Origin: an uncultured Gammaproteobacteria bacterium | GTDB lineage: Bacteria; Patescibacteriota; Microgenomatia; Levybacterales; UBA12049 | DNA length: 64,000 nucleotides | Direction of reading: 5' to 3' | Assembly: GCA_964610465.1 (NCBI GenBank) | Contig: CAZSWA010000001.1 | Location: 79,023 to 143,022 of the forward strand | Shown: piece by piece, positions 1-9,995 of the stretch | Numbering within the stretch: the first letter of the stretch is position 1 | How the letters are laid out: every line of letters begins with the position of its first letter | The notes under the pieces: generated by a model | The model's database searches: none | Told to the model about the DNA's origin: nothing | The model's input: only the letters and a program-made list of their open reading frames with translations | Translations under genes and position numbers: made by a program

Positions 1-275
1 TGAGCGTTTTTCGATCAAACAAATATCTCTATGCTCAGCTTATTGACGATACATCCGGAAAAACAGTTGCCAGCCTTTCTGAAAAAGCCTTATCTAAAAA
101 AGGAAAAACTGCTGCAACCAGAATGGATAACGCAAAAGAGTTAGGTATATCACTTGCAAAAATAGCGCTTGATAAGAAAATAAAGGAAGTAGTTTTTGAT
201 AAAGGAAGATATGCATATCATGGGAAAATAAAACAAATTGCAGAAGGAGCAAGAGAAGGAGGTCTTAAATTCTAA
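1..275 (+). CDS. rplR: 50S ribosomal protein L18 (5'-truncated)
   Basis: Frame from nt 3 reads SVFRSNKYLYAQLIDD...VFDKGRYAYHGKIKQIAEGAREGGLKF*; stop overlaps the rpsE ATG. Confidence 0.95.
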   Translation, partial: SVFRSNKYLYAQLIDDTSGKTVASLSEKALSKKGKTAATRMDNAKELGISLAKIALDKKIKEVVFDKGRYAYHGKIKQIAEGAREGGLKF

Positions 276-766
276 TGGATCAAAGATATAGAAGAGACAC
301 ACAAAGTGAATTTCAAGAGCAGGTTGTCAAGATAAATCGTGTTTCCAAAAAAACCAAAGGAGGCAATAAAATAGGATTTTCAGCACTTGCGGTAGTTGGT
401 GATAAAAAAGGTAAAGTAGGAGTTGGACTTGGGAAAGCACCGGATGTATCATCTGCAATTCGCAAAGGTATATCACTTGCTAAAAAACATATGATTGAGG
501 TACCGATAGTGAACGGAACAATACCATTTCGAGTTGATATCAAAGTTGGCGCAGCACGTGTGATGCTCAAACCTGCTCCACCCGGAAGTGGAATTATCGC
601 AGGAGGAGCAGTAAGAAGTGTAGTTTCTGCTGCAGGAATACAAAATATCTCATCCAAAGTATTGGGAACTGACAATCAAGCAAGTAATGTACATGCAGCA
701 CTTGAAGCATTACGAAAACTCACAGAACTTTCTGCAAATTTGAAAGAAAGGGTAGTAACCAAATAA
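275..766 (+). CDS. rpsE: 30S ribosomal protein S5
   Basis: INRVSKKTKGG...VGLGKA...PAPPGSGIIAGG motifs; spc operon position. Confidence 0.98.
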   Translation: MDQRYRRDTQSEFQEQVVKINRVSKKTKGGNKIGFSALAVVGDKKGKVGVGLGKAPDVSSAIRKGISLAKKHMIEVPIVNGTIPFRVDIKVGAARVMLKPAPPGSGIIAGGAVRSVVSAAGIQNISSKVLGTDNQASNVHAALEALRKLTELSANLKERVVTK

Positions 767-768
767 GT

Positions 769-1215
769 ATGAATCTCACTCAATTACCAGCTATTACAGA
801 AAAAAGAAAAAAAAGACTTGGTCAAGGTCATGGTTCAGGACGGGTGAAGACTTCAGGAAGAGGAACCAAAGGGCAAAAAGCACGAAATAAGGTTCCACTT
901 GTATCTGAAGGGGGAGCGCTTCCCCTTACAAAACGACTTCCTTTCCTCAGAGGAAAAGCCAAAAACAAATCCTTGCAGATGAAAAAAGTTATTCTTAATG
1001 TTGGACAATTGAATAGCTTACCGAAAAATAGTACTGTAAGTATAGATTCATTGGCAAAACATAAACTTGTGGATGCGAAAGAAGCAGGTCTTTATGGAGT
1101 AAAAATCTTAGGGAATGGCGAGCTTACTACTCCTCTTAAAGTAACTCTTTCTGTATCAAAGAGCGCAAGAGATAAAATTACTAAAGCTGGAGGAACCGTT
1201 GAGGTTGTTTCATGA
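769..1215 (+). CDS. rplO: 50S ribosomal protein L15
   Basis: [39 protein letters not shown]. Confidence 0.98.
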   Translation: MNLTQLPAITEKRKKRLGQGHGSGRVKTSGRGTKGQKARNKVPLVSEGGALPLTKRLPFLRGKAKNKSLQMKKVILNVGQLNSLPKNSTVSIDSLAKHKLVDAKEAGLYGVKILGNGELTTPLKVTLSVSKSARDKITKAGGTVEVVS

Positions 1216-2501
1216 ATAGTTTTCTAAAAACGTTTAGAAATATTTTTAAGTCACCTGAAGTCAGAAAAAAAGTCCTCTTTACCTTAGCTATCTTTCTCGT
1301 ATTTCGTATTTTCGCCCATATTCCTGTAGCAGGAGTAAATATTCAACAACTAAAAAATCTTTTTTCTCAAAATCAATTTTTTGGATTACTTGATATTTTT
1401 TCAGGAGGAACTCTATCCAATTTTTCTATAATGGCACTCGGGTTAAATCCTTATATTAATGCTTCAATTATTTTACAGCTTCTCACCATGGTATTTCCAA
1501 AACTTGAAGAGCTTTCAAAAGAAGGAGATGCAGGAAGACGCAAAATTAATCAATACACACGATTTTTAACTATCCCTCTTGCGGCGTTACAGGCAGTTGG
1601 TATGTATGCGCTTCTTCGCAGCTCTCAAATAATAGGCATACTTTCGCCTGTTGGGCTTATCTCTTTTATTTTGACTATGACCGCGGGTACTCTGCTTCTT
1701 GTCTGGTTTGGTGAGCTTATTACAGAACGAGGTGTAGGGAATGGGATTTCTCTTCTCATTTTTGCTGGAATTGTAGGTCGTTTACCAGTTGCCGCAGGTC
1801 AAACCTTCTCTACCTCAAACGCACAAAATACGCTCAATCTCATTATCTTTCTCGTACTTGGGCTTGTGGTGATTGCAGGAATTATCATCATTAATGAAGC
1901 AACGAGACAAATTACCGTGTACTATGCAAAACAAGTACGGGGAAATAAAATGTATGGTGGACAATCAACGCATCTGCCTCTCAGGCTTAATCAAGCAGGT
2001 GTAATTCCAATTATTTTTGCAGTGTCACTCGTACTTCTTCCCTCTCTTGTTGCCAATTTTCTTAGCGCAACGAAGAATCCTCATCTTACCAGTATTAGCC
2101 AAACTCTCTCTATTTGGTTTAATCCATCGGGAGTATTTTATAATGTACTCTATTTTGTACTTGTCGTTGCGTTTACCTATTTCTATACAGCAGTAATCTT
2201 TAACCCAAAGAAAATTGCTGAGGAGATACAAAAATATGGCGGATTTATTCCGGGAATTCGGCCAGGTGCTCAAACTGCACATTATCTTAACTATATTTTA
2301 ACCCGTATTACATTGGTTGGAGCAATATTCTTAGGTATTATTGCAATCTTTCCAACCATTGCCCGTGACATTACCAATATTCAAAATTTAGTTCTTGGAG
2401 GAACAAGTATCCTTATTGTGGTAAGTGTAGTGCTGGAAACGTTCAAAACTATCGAATCAAATCTTGTGATGCGTAATTACGAAGGATTCCTAACTAAATA
2501 A
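1212..2501 (+). CDS. secY: Preprotein translocase SecY
   Basis: [45 protein letters not shown]; about 10 TM segments. Confidence 0.98.
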   Translation: MNSFLKTFRNIFKSPEVRKKVLFTLAIFLVFRIFAHIPVAGVNIQQLKNLFSQNQFFGLLDIFSGGTLSNFSIMALGLNPYINASIILQLLTMVFPKLEELSKEGDAGRRKINQYTRFLTIPLAALQAVGMYALLRSSQIIGILSPVGLISFILTMTAGTLLLVWFGELITERGVGNGISLLIFAGIVGRLPVAAGQTFSTSNAQNTLNLIIFLVLGLVVIAGIIIINEATRQITVYYAKQVRGNKMYGGQSTHLPLRLNQAGVIPIIFAVSLVLLPSLVANFLSATKNPHLTSISQTLSIWFNPSGVFYNVLYFVLVVAFTYFYTAVIFNPKKIAEEIQKYGGFIPGIRPGAQTAHYLNYILTRITLVGAIFLGIIAIFPTIARDITNIQNLVLGGTSILIVVSVVLETFKTIESNLVMRNYEGFLTK

Positions 2502-2502
2502 T

Positions 2503-3054
2503 ATGAAAGTTATACTTATTGGTATCCAAGGATCAGGTAAGTCCACACAAGGAAATCTGCTCCACAAATCATTAGAAATTCCTTATCTCTCTACAGGTCA
2601 TATCTTCAGAGAATTAGCCAAAGAACATACTCCATTAGGAAGATATATTAAAGAAGTCATGAATGCAGGCCATTTAATTCCTGATGCAAAAACGCTTGAG
2701 ATAGTATCTCATTATCTTCATAGACCAGAATACAAAACAGGATATATCCTCGATGGATTTCCCAGAACGCTTGCACAAGCTGAAGAATTTGAGAATGGCG
2801 TAGATAAAGTGTTTTATCTTAATGTTTCAGATAAAGAAGCGCTTTGGAGGCTTTCATATAGAGTAGATGATAGTGGTGAGATTCGAGAAGATGAAACACT
2901 TGCTGCGCTTCGGAAACGTATTGAATTATTTCATAAATTTACAGAGCCTGTACTTGATTTCTATCGCCAAAAAGGAGTTTTGGTTGAACTCAACGGTGAA
3001 GATGCAATAGAAAAAATCCATAAAGAGATAATGGAACAAATAAAGAAAGGATAA
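2503..3054 (+). CDS. adk: Adenylate kinase (short LID type)
   Basis: GIQGSGKSTQ P-loop, STGHIFR, LDGFPRT; follows secY. Confidence 0.93.
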   Translation: MKVILIGIQGSGKSTQGNLLHKSLEIPYLSTGHIFRELAKEHTPLGRYIKEVMNAGHLIPDAKTLEIVSHYLHRPEYKTGYILDGFPRTLAQAEEFENGVDKVFYLNVSDKEALWRLSYRVDDSGEIREDETLAALRKRIELFHKFTEPVLDFYRQKGVLVELNGEDAIEKIHKEIMEQIKKG

Positions 3055-3077
3055 GAAATAGCTTCTTAGAGATATGT

Positions 3078-3770
3078 ATGCCAAAAGGTTTTGTAATCGC
3101 AATTGATGGTCCTGTTGCCGCAGGAAAAGGAACACTTGCTTCACTTCTCGCAGAGAAACTTCATGGATTTTATCTTCAAACTGGTGCAATGTACCGCAGT
3201 GTAGCGTTTTTTGGTATTAAGAATAATATTGATTTGCATGATTATAATAAAGTAGTTGCTCTTTTACCTTCTCTCACAATTCAATTTCATGATACAAAAG
3301 TAGTATTAAATGGAAAAGATGTGACAGAACAACTACGAAGAGAAGATGTAGCGGCCGGCGCGTCCCTTGTTGCTACCTATCCTAAAGTAAGAAAAGATAT
3401 GGTACAAAGGCAACAGGAAATAGCCAATCAAGAAAAACAAAAAGGAAAAATTATTTTAGCTGAAGGACGAGATACTGCAACCGTTGTATTCCCACAGGCT
3501 GAGCTCAAAATTTTTCTTACTGCAAAACCTGAGATACGAGCTACGAGACGTTTTAGAGAACTCAATGAAAAAGGTGAAAAAAATGTCAATTTTGAGAGTG
3601 TTTTACAAGCGATATATAATCGTGATAAACAAGATAGAGAGCGTGATACTGACCCACTTGTAGCAACACCTGAAAAATATGGATATTTTGTCCTTGATGA
3701 TTCAGAGATGACAAAAGCACAAACGGTAGAAGTTGTTTTGCATGAGATTCAAAAGAAGATGCTTGTATGA
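3078..3770 (+). CDS. cmk: Cytidylate kinase
   Basis: IAIDGPVAAGKGT, TGAMYR, EGRD, KIFLTA. Confidence 0.93.
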   Translation: MPKGFVIAIDGPVAAGKGTLASLLAEKLHGFYLQTGAMYRSVAFFGIKNNIDLHDYNKVVALLPSLTIQFHDTKVVLNGKDVTEQLRREDVAAGASLVATYPKVRKDMVQRQQEIANQEKQKGKIILAEGRDTATVVFPQAELKIFLTAKPEIRATRRFRELNEKGEKNVNFESVLQAIYNRDKQDRERDTDPLVATPEKYGYFVLDDSEMTKAQTVEVVLHEIQKKMLV

Positions 3771-4516
3771 TTCATATAAAAACACCAGAACAAATAGAAA
3801 GTATGGCATATGGAGGTAAGATATTAAGAGATGTACTTTTTGAAGCACTTGATAAGGTAAAACCTGGAGTAACTGAGGCAGAAATTGATGCATTTGCAGA
3901 GAAATGTATTAGAGAGCGAGGCGGAGAACCTGGATTTATGAAAGTAAAAGGATACCATAACACCATTTGCTCCTCAACCAACGATGTCGTAGTGCATGGA
4001 ATACCTGGAGGGTATGTCTTTCAAGAAGGCGATGTGGTAGGAGTCGACTGTGGCGTCTATTATAAAGGGTTCCATACTGATATGTCTGAAACTGTTGGAG
4101 TCGGAAAGATAAGTAAAGCTGCTGCAAACTTTCTTAAGACCGGTAGAAAGGCTTTAGATGCAGCAATACTTCAGGCAAAGGCTGGAAACAGGATAGGACA
4201 TATCTCAAAGACTATTCAGGATATTGTAGAAAAGGAAGAAGGCTACTCAGTAGTCAGGAGTCTCATAGGTCATGGAGTAGGCCGCAAGCTTCATGAGGAT
4301 CCAGAAGTCCCAGGATATCTGGCAGGTAGCATAGAGCGCACGCCACTCTTAAAAGAAGGGATGACAATTGCGATAGAGGTTATATATAATATGGGAACGC
4401 CAGAGGTCTATCTTGCGCCTGATGGCTGGACAATTAAGACGCAAGATGGAAAAATTTCAGGGGTATTTGAGAGAACTATCGCAATCACTGGAAGCGGGCC
4501 TAAGATTTTAACGTAG
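3767..4516 (+). CDS. map: Methionine aminopeptidase type I
   Basis: [13 protein letters not shown]...[19 protein letters not shown]. Confidence 0.96.
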   Translation: MIHIKTPEQIESMAYGGKILRDVLFEALDKVKPGVTEAEIDAFAEKCIRERGGEPGFMKVKGYHNTICSSTNDVVVHGIPGGYVFQEGDVVGVDCGVYYKGFHTDMSETVGVGKISKAAANFLKTGRKALDAAILQAKAGNRIGHISKTIQDIVEKEEGYSVVRSLIGHGVGRKLHEDPEVPGYLAGSIERTPLLKEGMTIAIEVIYNMGTPEVYLAPDGWTIKTQDGKISGVFERTIAITGSGPKILT

Positions 4517-4554
4517 TATTTGCTCTTTTGAGGCTCGTTTGCTATAATGCTTGC

Positions 4555-4773
4555 ATGTCTCATCAAGGATCTTTTGAGAAAGACGGTGTGGTGAAGGAGT
4601 CACTTCCCAATACCCTATTTCGAGTGCAGCTTGATGATGGGTCAATTGTTTTGTGTCATTTATCTGGCAAAATGAGAATGCATTTTATAAAAATATTGCC
4701 GGGAGATAAAGTACGCATTGAAATGACCCCTTACGATTTAAGTAAAGGAAGAATAATACTGCGCTATAAATAG
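4555..4773 (+). CDS. infA: Translation initiation factor IF-1
   Basis: LPNTLFRV...[17 protein letters not shown]; ATG 4555 preferred over TTG 4528, with TATAAT at 4543-4548. Confidence 0.97.
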   Translation: MSHQGSFEKDGVVKESLPNTLFRVQLDDGSIVLCHLSGKMRMHFIKILPGDKVRIEMTPYDLSKGRIILRYK

Positions 4774-4803
4774 AAGATCTTCGATATTTTAAAAAACGAT
4801 ACT

Positions 4804-4917
4804 ATGAAAGTCCAAGCAAGTATAAAAAAAAGATGTATTAAGTGTAAAATAATTAAGCGCCATGGGGTGTTGTATGTAACATGTGAAACACCAAAACACA
4901 AACAGAGACAAGGCTAA
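4804..4917 (+). CDS. rpmJ: 50S ribosomal protein L36 (not in ORF track)
   Basis: Manual translation [37 protein letters not shown], 37 aa with Zn-ribbon C/C/C/H. Confidence 0.97.
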   Translation: MKVQASIKKRCIKCKIIKRHGVLYVTCETPKHKQRQG

Positions 4918-4920
4918 TCT

Positions 4921-5331
4921 ATGAGAATTGCAGGAACTAATATACCAGACGAAAAAAGAATTGATATTTCATTAACCTATCTTTATGGTATTGGAAGAAG
5001 TAATGCAAGAGAAGTACTCAAAAAAGCAGAAATTAACGAAGGAACACGAACCAAAAACCTGACAGAAGATGAAGTAAAACGTATCACTAAAGTTTTGGAC
5101 GAATATAAAGTAGAAGGAGATTTACGTGCAGAAGTACTTTCAAATATAAGAAGATTAAAAGATATTAGTGCATATAAAGGTCTTCGACACGCTCGAAATC
5201 TTCCGGTCAGAGGACAGCGTACTCGAACCAATGCGCGTACCAAGAGAGGTAAGAGAATGACTATTGGCGCAATCAAGAAAGAAGTAATGGCTAAGATGGA
5301 AGCAGCACAAAAGACTGTTGAAAAGAAATAA
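4921..5331 (+). CDS. rpsM: 30S ribosomal protein S13
   Basis: MRIAG...YGIG...LPVRGQRTRTNART. Confidence 0.98.
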   Translation: MRIAGTNIPDEKRIDISLTYLYGIGRSNAREVLKKAEINEGTRTKNLTEDEVKRITKVLDEYKVEGDLRAEVLSNIRRLKDISAYKGLRHARNLPVRGQRTRTNARTKRGKRMTIGAIKKEVMAKMEAAQKTVEKK

Positions 5332-5334
5332 CCT

Positions 5335-5742
5335 ATGGCAGATAATAAGAAACAAACAAAAGGTACTATAACCAAGAAAAAATCAGCAACGGAAATTACT
5401 TCCCATGGAAAAGTATATATTACATCTACGTTCAATAATACCCTTGTAACCATTACCAATGACAGAGGCGATACAGTAGGCTGGAGTTCAGCAGGCGCAA
5501 AAGGGTTCAAAGGAACAAGAAAATCAACTCCTTATGCTGCAACTTTGGCAGTTGAAGATGTCGCAAAAAGAGCACTTGAGAGAGGAATGAAGACAGTTGA
5601 TATTTTTGTCAAAGGACCGGGAGCTGGACGTGATTCATCCCTAAGAGCAATCAAGAGTGCTGGATTGTCAATAATGTCTATTGCAGACGTAACGCCTATT
5701 CCACACAATGGACCAAGGCCAAAAAAGAAAAGGAGAGTATAA
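5335..5742 (+). CDS. rpsK: 30S ribosomal protein S11
   Basis: [28 protein letters not shown]. Confidence 0.98.
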   Translation: MADNKKQTKGTITKKKSATEITSHGKVYITSTFNNTLVTITNDRGDTVGWSSAGAKGFKGTRKSTPYAATLAVEDVAKRALERGMKTVDIFVKGPGAGRDSSLRAIKSAGLSIMSIADVTPIPHNGPRPKKKRRV

Positions 5743-6344
5743 TGGCACGATATACAGGACCAAAACACAAATTAGCACGAAGAGAAGGAATCAATATTAT
5801 TGATGAAACTTCACCAAGTCTTTTAAGACGGCTCAATGTTCCCCCAGGTGTCCATGGTAGAAAAGGGAAAAGACGACTTTCTGAGTATGGTCAACAGCTA
5901 AGAGAGAAACAAAAAGCCAAAGCAATGTATGGATTGCTTGAAAAACAGTTTAAAAAGATGGTCAATCAAGTTGCCAGCCAAAAAGGAGATACGGAAGAAT
6001 TTCTTATCTCCCTTCTTGAGAGAAGACTTGATAATATTGTCTACAGACTTGGACTTGCAAAGACACGGTATATGTCACGACAATTTGTGTCTCATGGTCA
6101 TGTCCTCGTTAATGGTCAGAAAGTTAGTATTCCATCATATGAGGTAAAAGCAGGCGATGTCATTACTTTAGATCAGAAAATACAAAAGACACCAGATGTG
6201 GTAAAATTACTTGACGATAAAAAAGAGATAGTATCCTATCTTGAGAAAAAAGGAGCAGTCGGCACGCTCGTTAGGATGCCAAAAAGGCAAGATGTCGAGG
6301 TTCCTTTCAATACTCGACAGATCATTGAATATTATTCAAGATAG
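5742..6344 (+). CDS. rpsD: 30S ribosomal protein S4
   Basis: MARYTGP, SEYGQQLREKQK, LERRLDNIVYRLG, IIEYYSR. Confidence 0.98.
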   Translation: MARYTGPKHKLARREGINIIDETSPSLLRRLNVPPGVHGRKGKRRLSEYGQQLREKQKAKAMYGLLEKQFKKMVNQVASQKGDTEEFLISLLERRLDNIVYRLGLAKTRYMSRQFVSHGHVLVNGQKVSIPSYEVKAGDVITLDQKIQKTPDVVKLLDDKKEIVSYLEKKGAVGTLVRMPKRQDVEVPFNTRQIIEYYSR

Positions 6345-6366
6345 TGGTACAATATAGGTTATTGTT

Positions 6367-7293
6367 ATGGAGAATCTTAATTTTAAAGTAAAAGAAATTA
6401 CATCAACCCAGGATTTTGGGGAGTTTGCGATTGAACCCCTTGAACCAGGATATGGTCATACAATGGGTAACGCATTGCGACGCGTTCTCTATACATCTAT
6501 CCCGGGAGCAGCAGTTACATCTGTCAGAATTACTGGCGTAAAGCATGCTTTCTCAACCCTTCCAGGACTGAAAGAAAACATAATCGATCTTCTCTTAAAT
6601 ATCAAAGAGCTTAACTTCCGTCTTTCAGATGGAAAGGAAAATGGTACAGTAAAGCTTTCCGTCAAGGGTTCTCATCGAATTACTGCAAGTGATCTTGAGA
6701 TGCCTGATGGGATTGAGGTAGTCAACAAGGATCAATATATAGGCTCTCTTTCAGGTGAGAAATCAAAACTTGATATGGAATTGACTATTGAAAGAGGACT
6801 TGGTTATTCACTCTCTGAAGAAAGAAAAGTAAATACCCTTGGGGTTATTGCAACTGATGCAGTATTTACTCCTATTCGTCGAGTTACTTACACCGTTGAA
6901 GCAACCCGCGTAGGAAGACAAACAAACCTTGATAAATTGGTACTTAAAGTCTGGACCAATGGAACCGTAAGTCCAAGAGAAGCATTAGAGCATGCAGGAA
7001 AGATTCTTGCTTCTTATTTTTTACAAATTTATCAGCCAAAAGCAACTATAGCGCAGGCGGAAACTGCAACACCAAGCTCATCAATTCCTGATACAATTTT
7101 GAAAATGACAATTGATGAATTAGATTTACCTACACGAATTTACAATAGTTTAAGAAACGGTGGTATAGAAACTGTAGAGCAGCTTTTGGGTACTCCCCAT
7201 AAAGATCTCATTTCAATGCGTAATATGGGTGGCAAATCTATCACTGTTATCGAGGAAAAACTTCGAGAAAAAGGGATAAGCTTACCTGCTTAA
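6367..7293 (+). CDS. rpoA: RNA polymerase alpha subunit
   Basis: EPLEPGYGHTMGNALRR, IDELDLPTRIYNSL alpha-CTD. Confidence 0.98.
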   Translation: MENLNFKVKEITSTQDFGEFAIEPLEPGYGHTMGNALRRVLYTSIPGAAVTSVRITGVKHAFSTLPGLKENIIDLLLNIKELNFRLSDGKENGTVKLSVKGSHRITASDLEMPDGIEVVNKDQYIGSLSGEKSKLDMELTIERGLGYSLSEERKVNTLGVIATDAVFTPIRRVTYTVEATRVGRQTNLDKLVLKVWTNGTVSPREALEHAGKILASYFLQIYQPKATIAQAETATPSSSIPDTILKMTIDELDLPTRIYNSLRNGGIETVEQLLGTPHKDLISMRNMGGKSITVIEEKLREKGISLPA

Positions 7294-7391
7294 CTTGGCC
7301 AATATAGAGTAGAGTTTTCATATACGCCACGTGAATTTTTGAGAAGTTTGCGTGACGTTTATTGTATGGAGCAGGTAAAATAAAAAACAAC

Positions 7392-7901
7392 ATGAGAAAA
7401 AAAGTTTTCGGCCGACAATTTAGCAGAGATGTAAATGAAAGAAAAGCTCTTTTTAAAAGCTTGCTTTCATCTCTTGTACTCAATGAGCAAATTAAAACTA
7501 CAGAAGCAAAGGCAAAAGCAATACGAGGAGCTGCAGATAAATTAGTTACCAAAGCCAGAAGAGGTGGATTACAGGCATATCGATTATTGCAACCTGAATT
7601 AAACGGTGATGCAGTGAAAAAAATGGTAAGTGATATTGCTCCTCGATTTACTGCACGACAAGGTGGATACACACGAATTATACGTCTTGAAAGACGATTT
7701 TCTGATAACGCTCAAATGGTCGTTATGGAATGGGTTGAAAAACCAGCTCTTCCTGTACCTTCTCAAACAGAAAAATCAAAAAAGGCTAAACTTGATAAGA
7801 AAGAATCAGAAAAACCAACAAAAGAGGAAAAAATCAAAAAAGAAGCAAAAGTAAAAAAAACTACAAAAAAAGCAACAAAAAAGGAGACTAAAAAGAAATG
7901 A
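7392..7901 (+). CDS. rplQ: 50S ribosomal protein L17 with Lys/Glu-rich tail
   Basis: IKTTEAKAK, RQGGYTRIIR, DNAQM; ATG 7392 chosen. Confidence 0.96.
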   Translation: MRKKVFGRQFSRDVNERKALFKSLLSSLVLNEQIKTTEAKAKAIRGAADKLVTKARRGGLQAYRLLQPELNGDAVKKMVSDIAPRFTARQGGYTRIIRLERRFSDNAQMVVMEWVEKPALPVPSQTEKSKKAKLDKKESEKPTKEEKIKKEAKVKKTTKKATKKETKKK

Positions 7902-8326
7902 ACTCAATGATGACACAACCAACCAAAGAGGCAATGATAAAAAGAGACTGGCATCTGATTGATGTTGAAGACAAGACTTTGGGAAGAATCGCAACAGAGA
8001 TTGCCCAGCTTCTTATGGGAAAAGCAAAGCCATATTTTGTAAGAAATCTTGATGTAGGTGATTATGTTGTAGTCATAAATGCCAAAAACGTCAAAGTAAC
8101 AGGCAATAAAGAAGAACAAAAAACCTATGCCAGACATTCAGGCTATCCTGGAGGATTTAAATCAGAAACCTTACGTGAACTACGTGCACGAAGACCTGAA
8201 GCAGTTATCTATCATGCAGTAAAAGGCATGTTACCGGATAATAAATTGCAAAAACAAATGCTTACCCGTTTATTTATTTTCAAAGACGCAGAACATACGT
8301 ATAAAGATAAATTTAAAAAGGCATAA
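7898..8326 (+). CDS. rplM: 50S ribosomal protein L13
   Basis: WHLID...LGRIAT, GDYVVVINA, HSGYPGG, AVKGMLP. Confidence 0.98.
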   Translation: MNSMMTQPTKEAMIKRDWHLIDVEDKTLGRIATEIAQLLMGKAKPYFVRNLDVGDYVVVINAKNVKVTGNKEEQKTYARHSGYPGGFKSETLRELRARRPEAVIYHAVKGMLPDNKLQKQMLTRLFIFKDAEHTYKDKFKKA

Positions 8327-8328
8327 TT

Positions 8329-8802
8329 ATGGCAGATAAAATAGTAAAAAATAATAAAAATCAAAAAAAGGACTATCTTTTTGCAGTCGGAAGACGTAAA
8401 CAATCAACCGCTCGTGTACGACTTTATCTACATGTAAAAGATGGATTTACCTGGGGAGAGAAAGAAGTGAAAAAAGGCGATATCTTAGTTAATCAAAAAC
8501 TTATTGCTGAATATTTCCCAAGTGATACAGAGAGGCGAGTCTATACAGAGCCGTTACGTATCACAAACGCTCATCAGAATAATTATACTATTACTATTAA
8601 AGTCATGGGCGGTGGACATAGCGGTCAACTTGCAGCAGTAACGGCAGGTATTGCCAATGCCTTAAATAAACTTGATACTGAAAAATATCGACCAATTCTT
8701 AAGAAAAAAGGACTTTTGACCCGTGATGCACGAGTAAGAGAACGACGCAAAGTCGGTACAGGCGGGAAAGCAAGACACAAGAAACAATCTCCAAAACGCT
8801 AG
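8329..8802 (+). CDS. rpsI: 30S ribosomal protein S9
   Basis: GRRKQSTARV, GGGHSGQ, LLTRDARVRERRK, QSPKR. Confidence 0.98.
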   Translation: MADKIVKNNKNQKKDYLFAVGRRKQSTARVRLYLHVKDGFTWGEKEVKKGDILVNQKLIAEYFPSDTERRVYTEPLRITNAHQNNYTITIKVMGGGHSGQLAAVTAGIANALNKLDTEKYRPILKKKGLLTRDARVRERRKVGTGGKARHKKQSPKR

Positions 8803-8820
8803 TTTTTCTATCATCTTTCT

Positions 8821-9420
8821 ATGACTCACGAACAGGAATTTCTTATAAAAGATGTTAACAACGAACAATTAGTGATTGTTCAGCAGAAAATGCAACAAGC
8901 ATTTGCATTACTTACAGTAACTCCTGATAAGAGAGTCCAGCGAACATTAAGACGATTCAAAGCAGCATTTGAAGGAAGTAGTGTTGCAGGACGTAAGGAA
9001 GACGAAACAGAAAACGCTTTAGCACAAGAGCTAACTCATGCAATTGGAATCAACTATGGTCAAACTATTAACACCAGAATTCTTAGGGAGAACTATGCAG
9101 ATAAAAAGTATGTTGATAAGGGGGGAAATTTAGTAAGAACAGGACAATCAGAATCAGAACTTGATGAAGCTTTTTTGAAATATTTAGCTAAAGCAGGAAT
9201 TCTAACAAGTAAAAATACGTCAACTGTTACAGAATTTATGAGATTAACTAAAGAAGCAGGCTATCAATCTTTTAGTACTGAAAATGTGACTTCTGCTTTT
9301 ATATTAGAAAGACTTAATGTAGCGTTAACAAAGTATGTTGATCAAAAATACTTCCCGAAATCCGAAAGTTATACCTCTATTACTTCCCCAGTCTCTAATC
9401 CTTTAAACACAATTTCATAA
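8821..9420 (+). CDS. Hypothetical (orphan) protein
   Basis: 199-aa ORF filling the gap after rpsI; no recognised motif. Confidence 0.65.
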   Translation: MTHEQEFLIKDVNNEQLVIVQQKMQQAFALLTVTPDKRVQRTLRRFKAAFEGSSVAGRKEDETENALAQELTHAIGINYGQTINTRILRENYADKKYVDKGGNLVRTGQSESELDEAFLKYLAKAGILTSKNTSTVTEFMRLTKEAGYQSFSTENVTSAFILERLNVALTKYVDQKYFPKSESYTSITSPVSNPLNTIS

Positions 9421-9995
9421 TTTCTATAATAATTTTCAAGCATAGCATAGAACATTTTTCGTGCTTCGTCTCGTAGATGCCAGTCATGAATTGGAATGAT
9501 ATACTGAGGTTTAAGAGTTGCACCTTTTTCTGCTGCTTGTACCATACTTCCCCAAGGAGCTTGGATAGGAAGTGCCAAGATTTTTGCGCTTTTTGGAATA
9601 TGGAGAGAATCTCCAGGAACAGTAAGTTTGTTAAAAAGAGTAAAGCAGGTATTTTTGGGAATTGGCATATTGATAATTTTTTCATGAGGTATTTCCACAA
9701 GTTCAATAAATTCATTGCCATGGGTTTGAGCTTTCATATCTTCACGCTCTAAAATTTTGGAAACTGAAGAATTCGTAATAATTTGCAGTTTGGGAAATTT
9801 GTGAAGGAGCTCTTTTATCACATGAATAACCATATGATCCATATGTTCATGAGTAATAAGCAAAAAATCCAACCTATCAAGCGCATTGATATCAAGAGCA
9901 TTTTCTTCAAAGGTATAAACACCTGGATCAATAAGAATCTTCTTTTCTTGTTCTTCAACTACCAGACAGGAATGGATATATTTTGTGATTTTCAT
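9369..9995 (-). CDS. MBL-fold metallo-hydrolase
   Basis: HSCL...LIDPG, THEHMDH (HxHxDH), GDS, IPIHD. Confidence 0.9.
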   Translation of the reverse strand: MKITKYIHSCLVVEEQEKKILIDPGVYTFEENALDINALDRLDFLLITHEHMDHMVIHVIKELLHKFPKLQIITNSSVSKILEREDMKAQTHGNEFIELVEIPHEKIINMPIPKNTCFTLFNKLTVPGDSLHIPKSAKILALPIQAPWGSMVQAAEKGATLKPQYIIPIHDWHLRDEARKMFYAMLENYYRNYEIVFKGLETGEVIEV

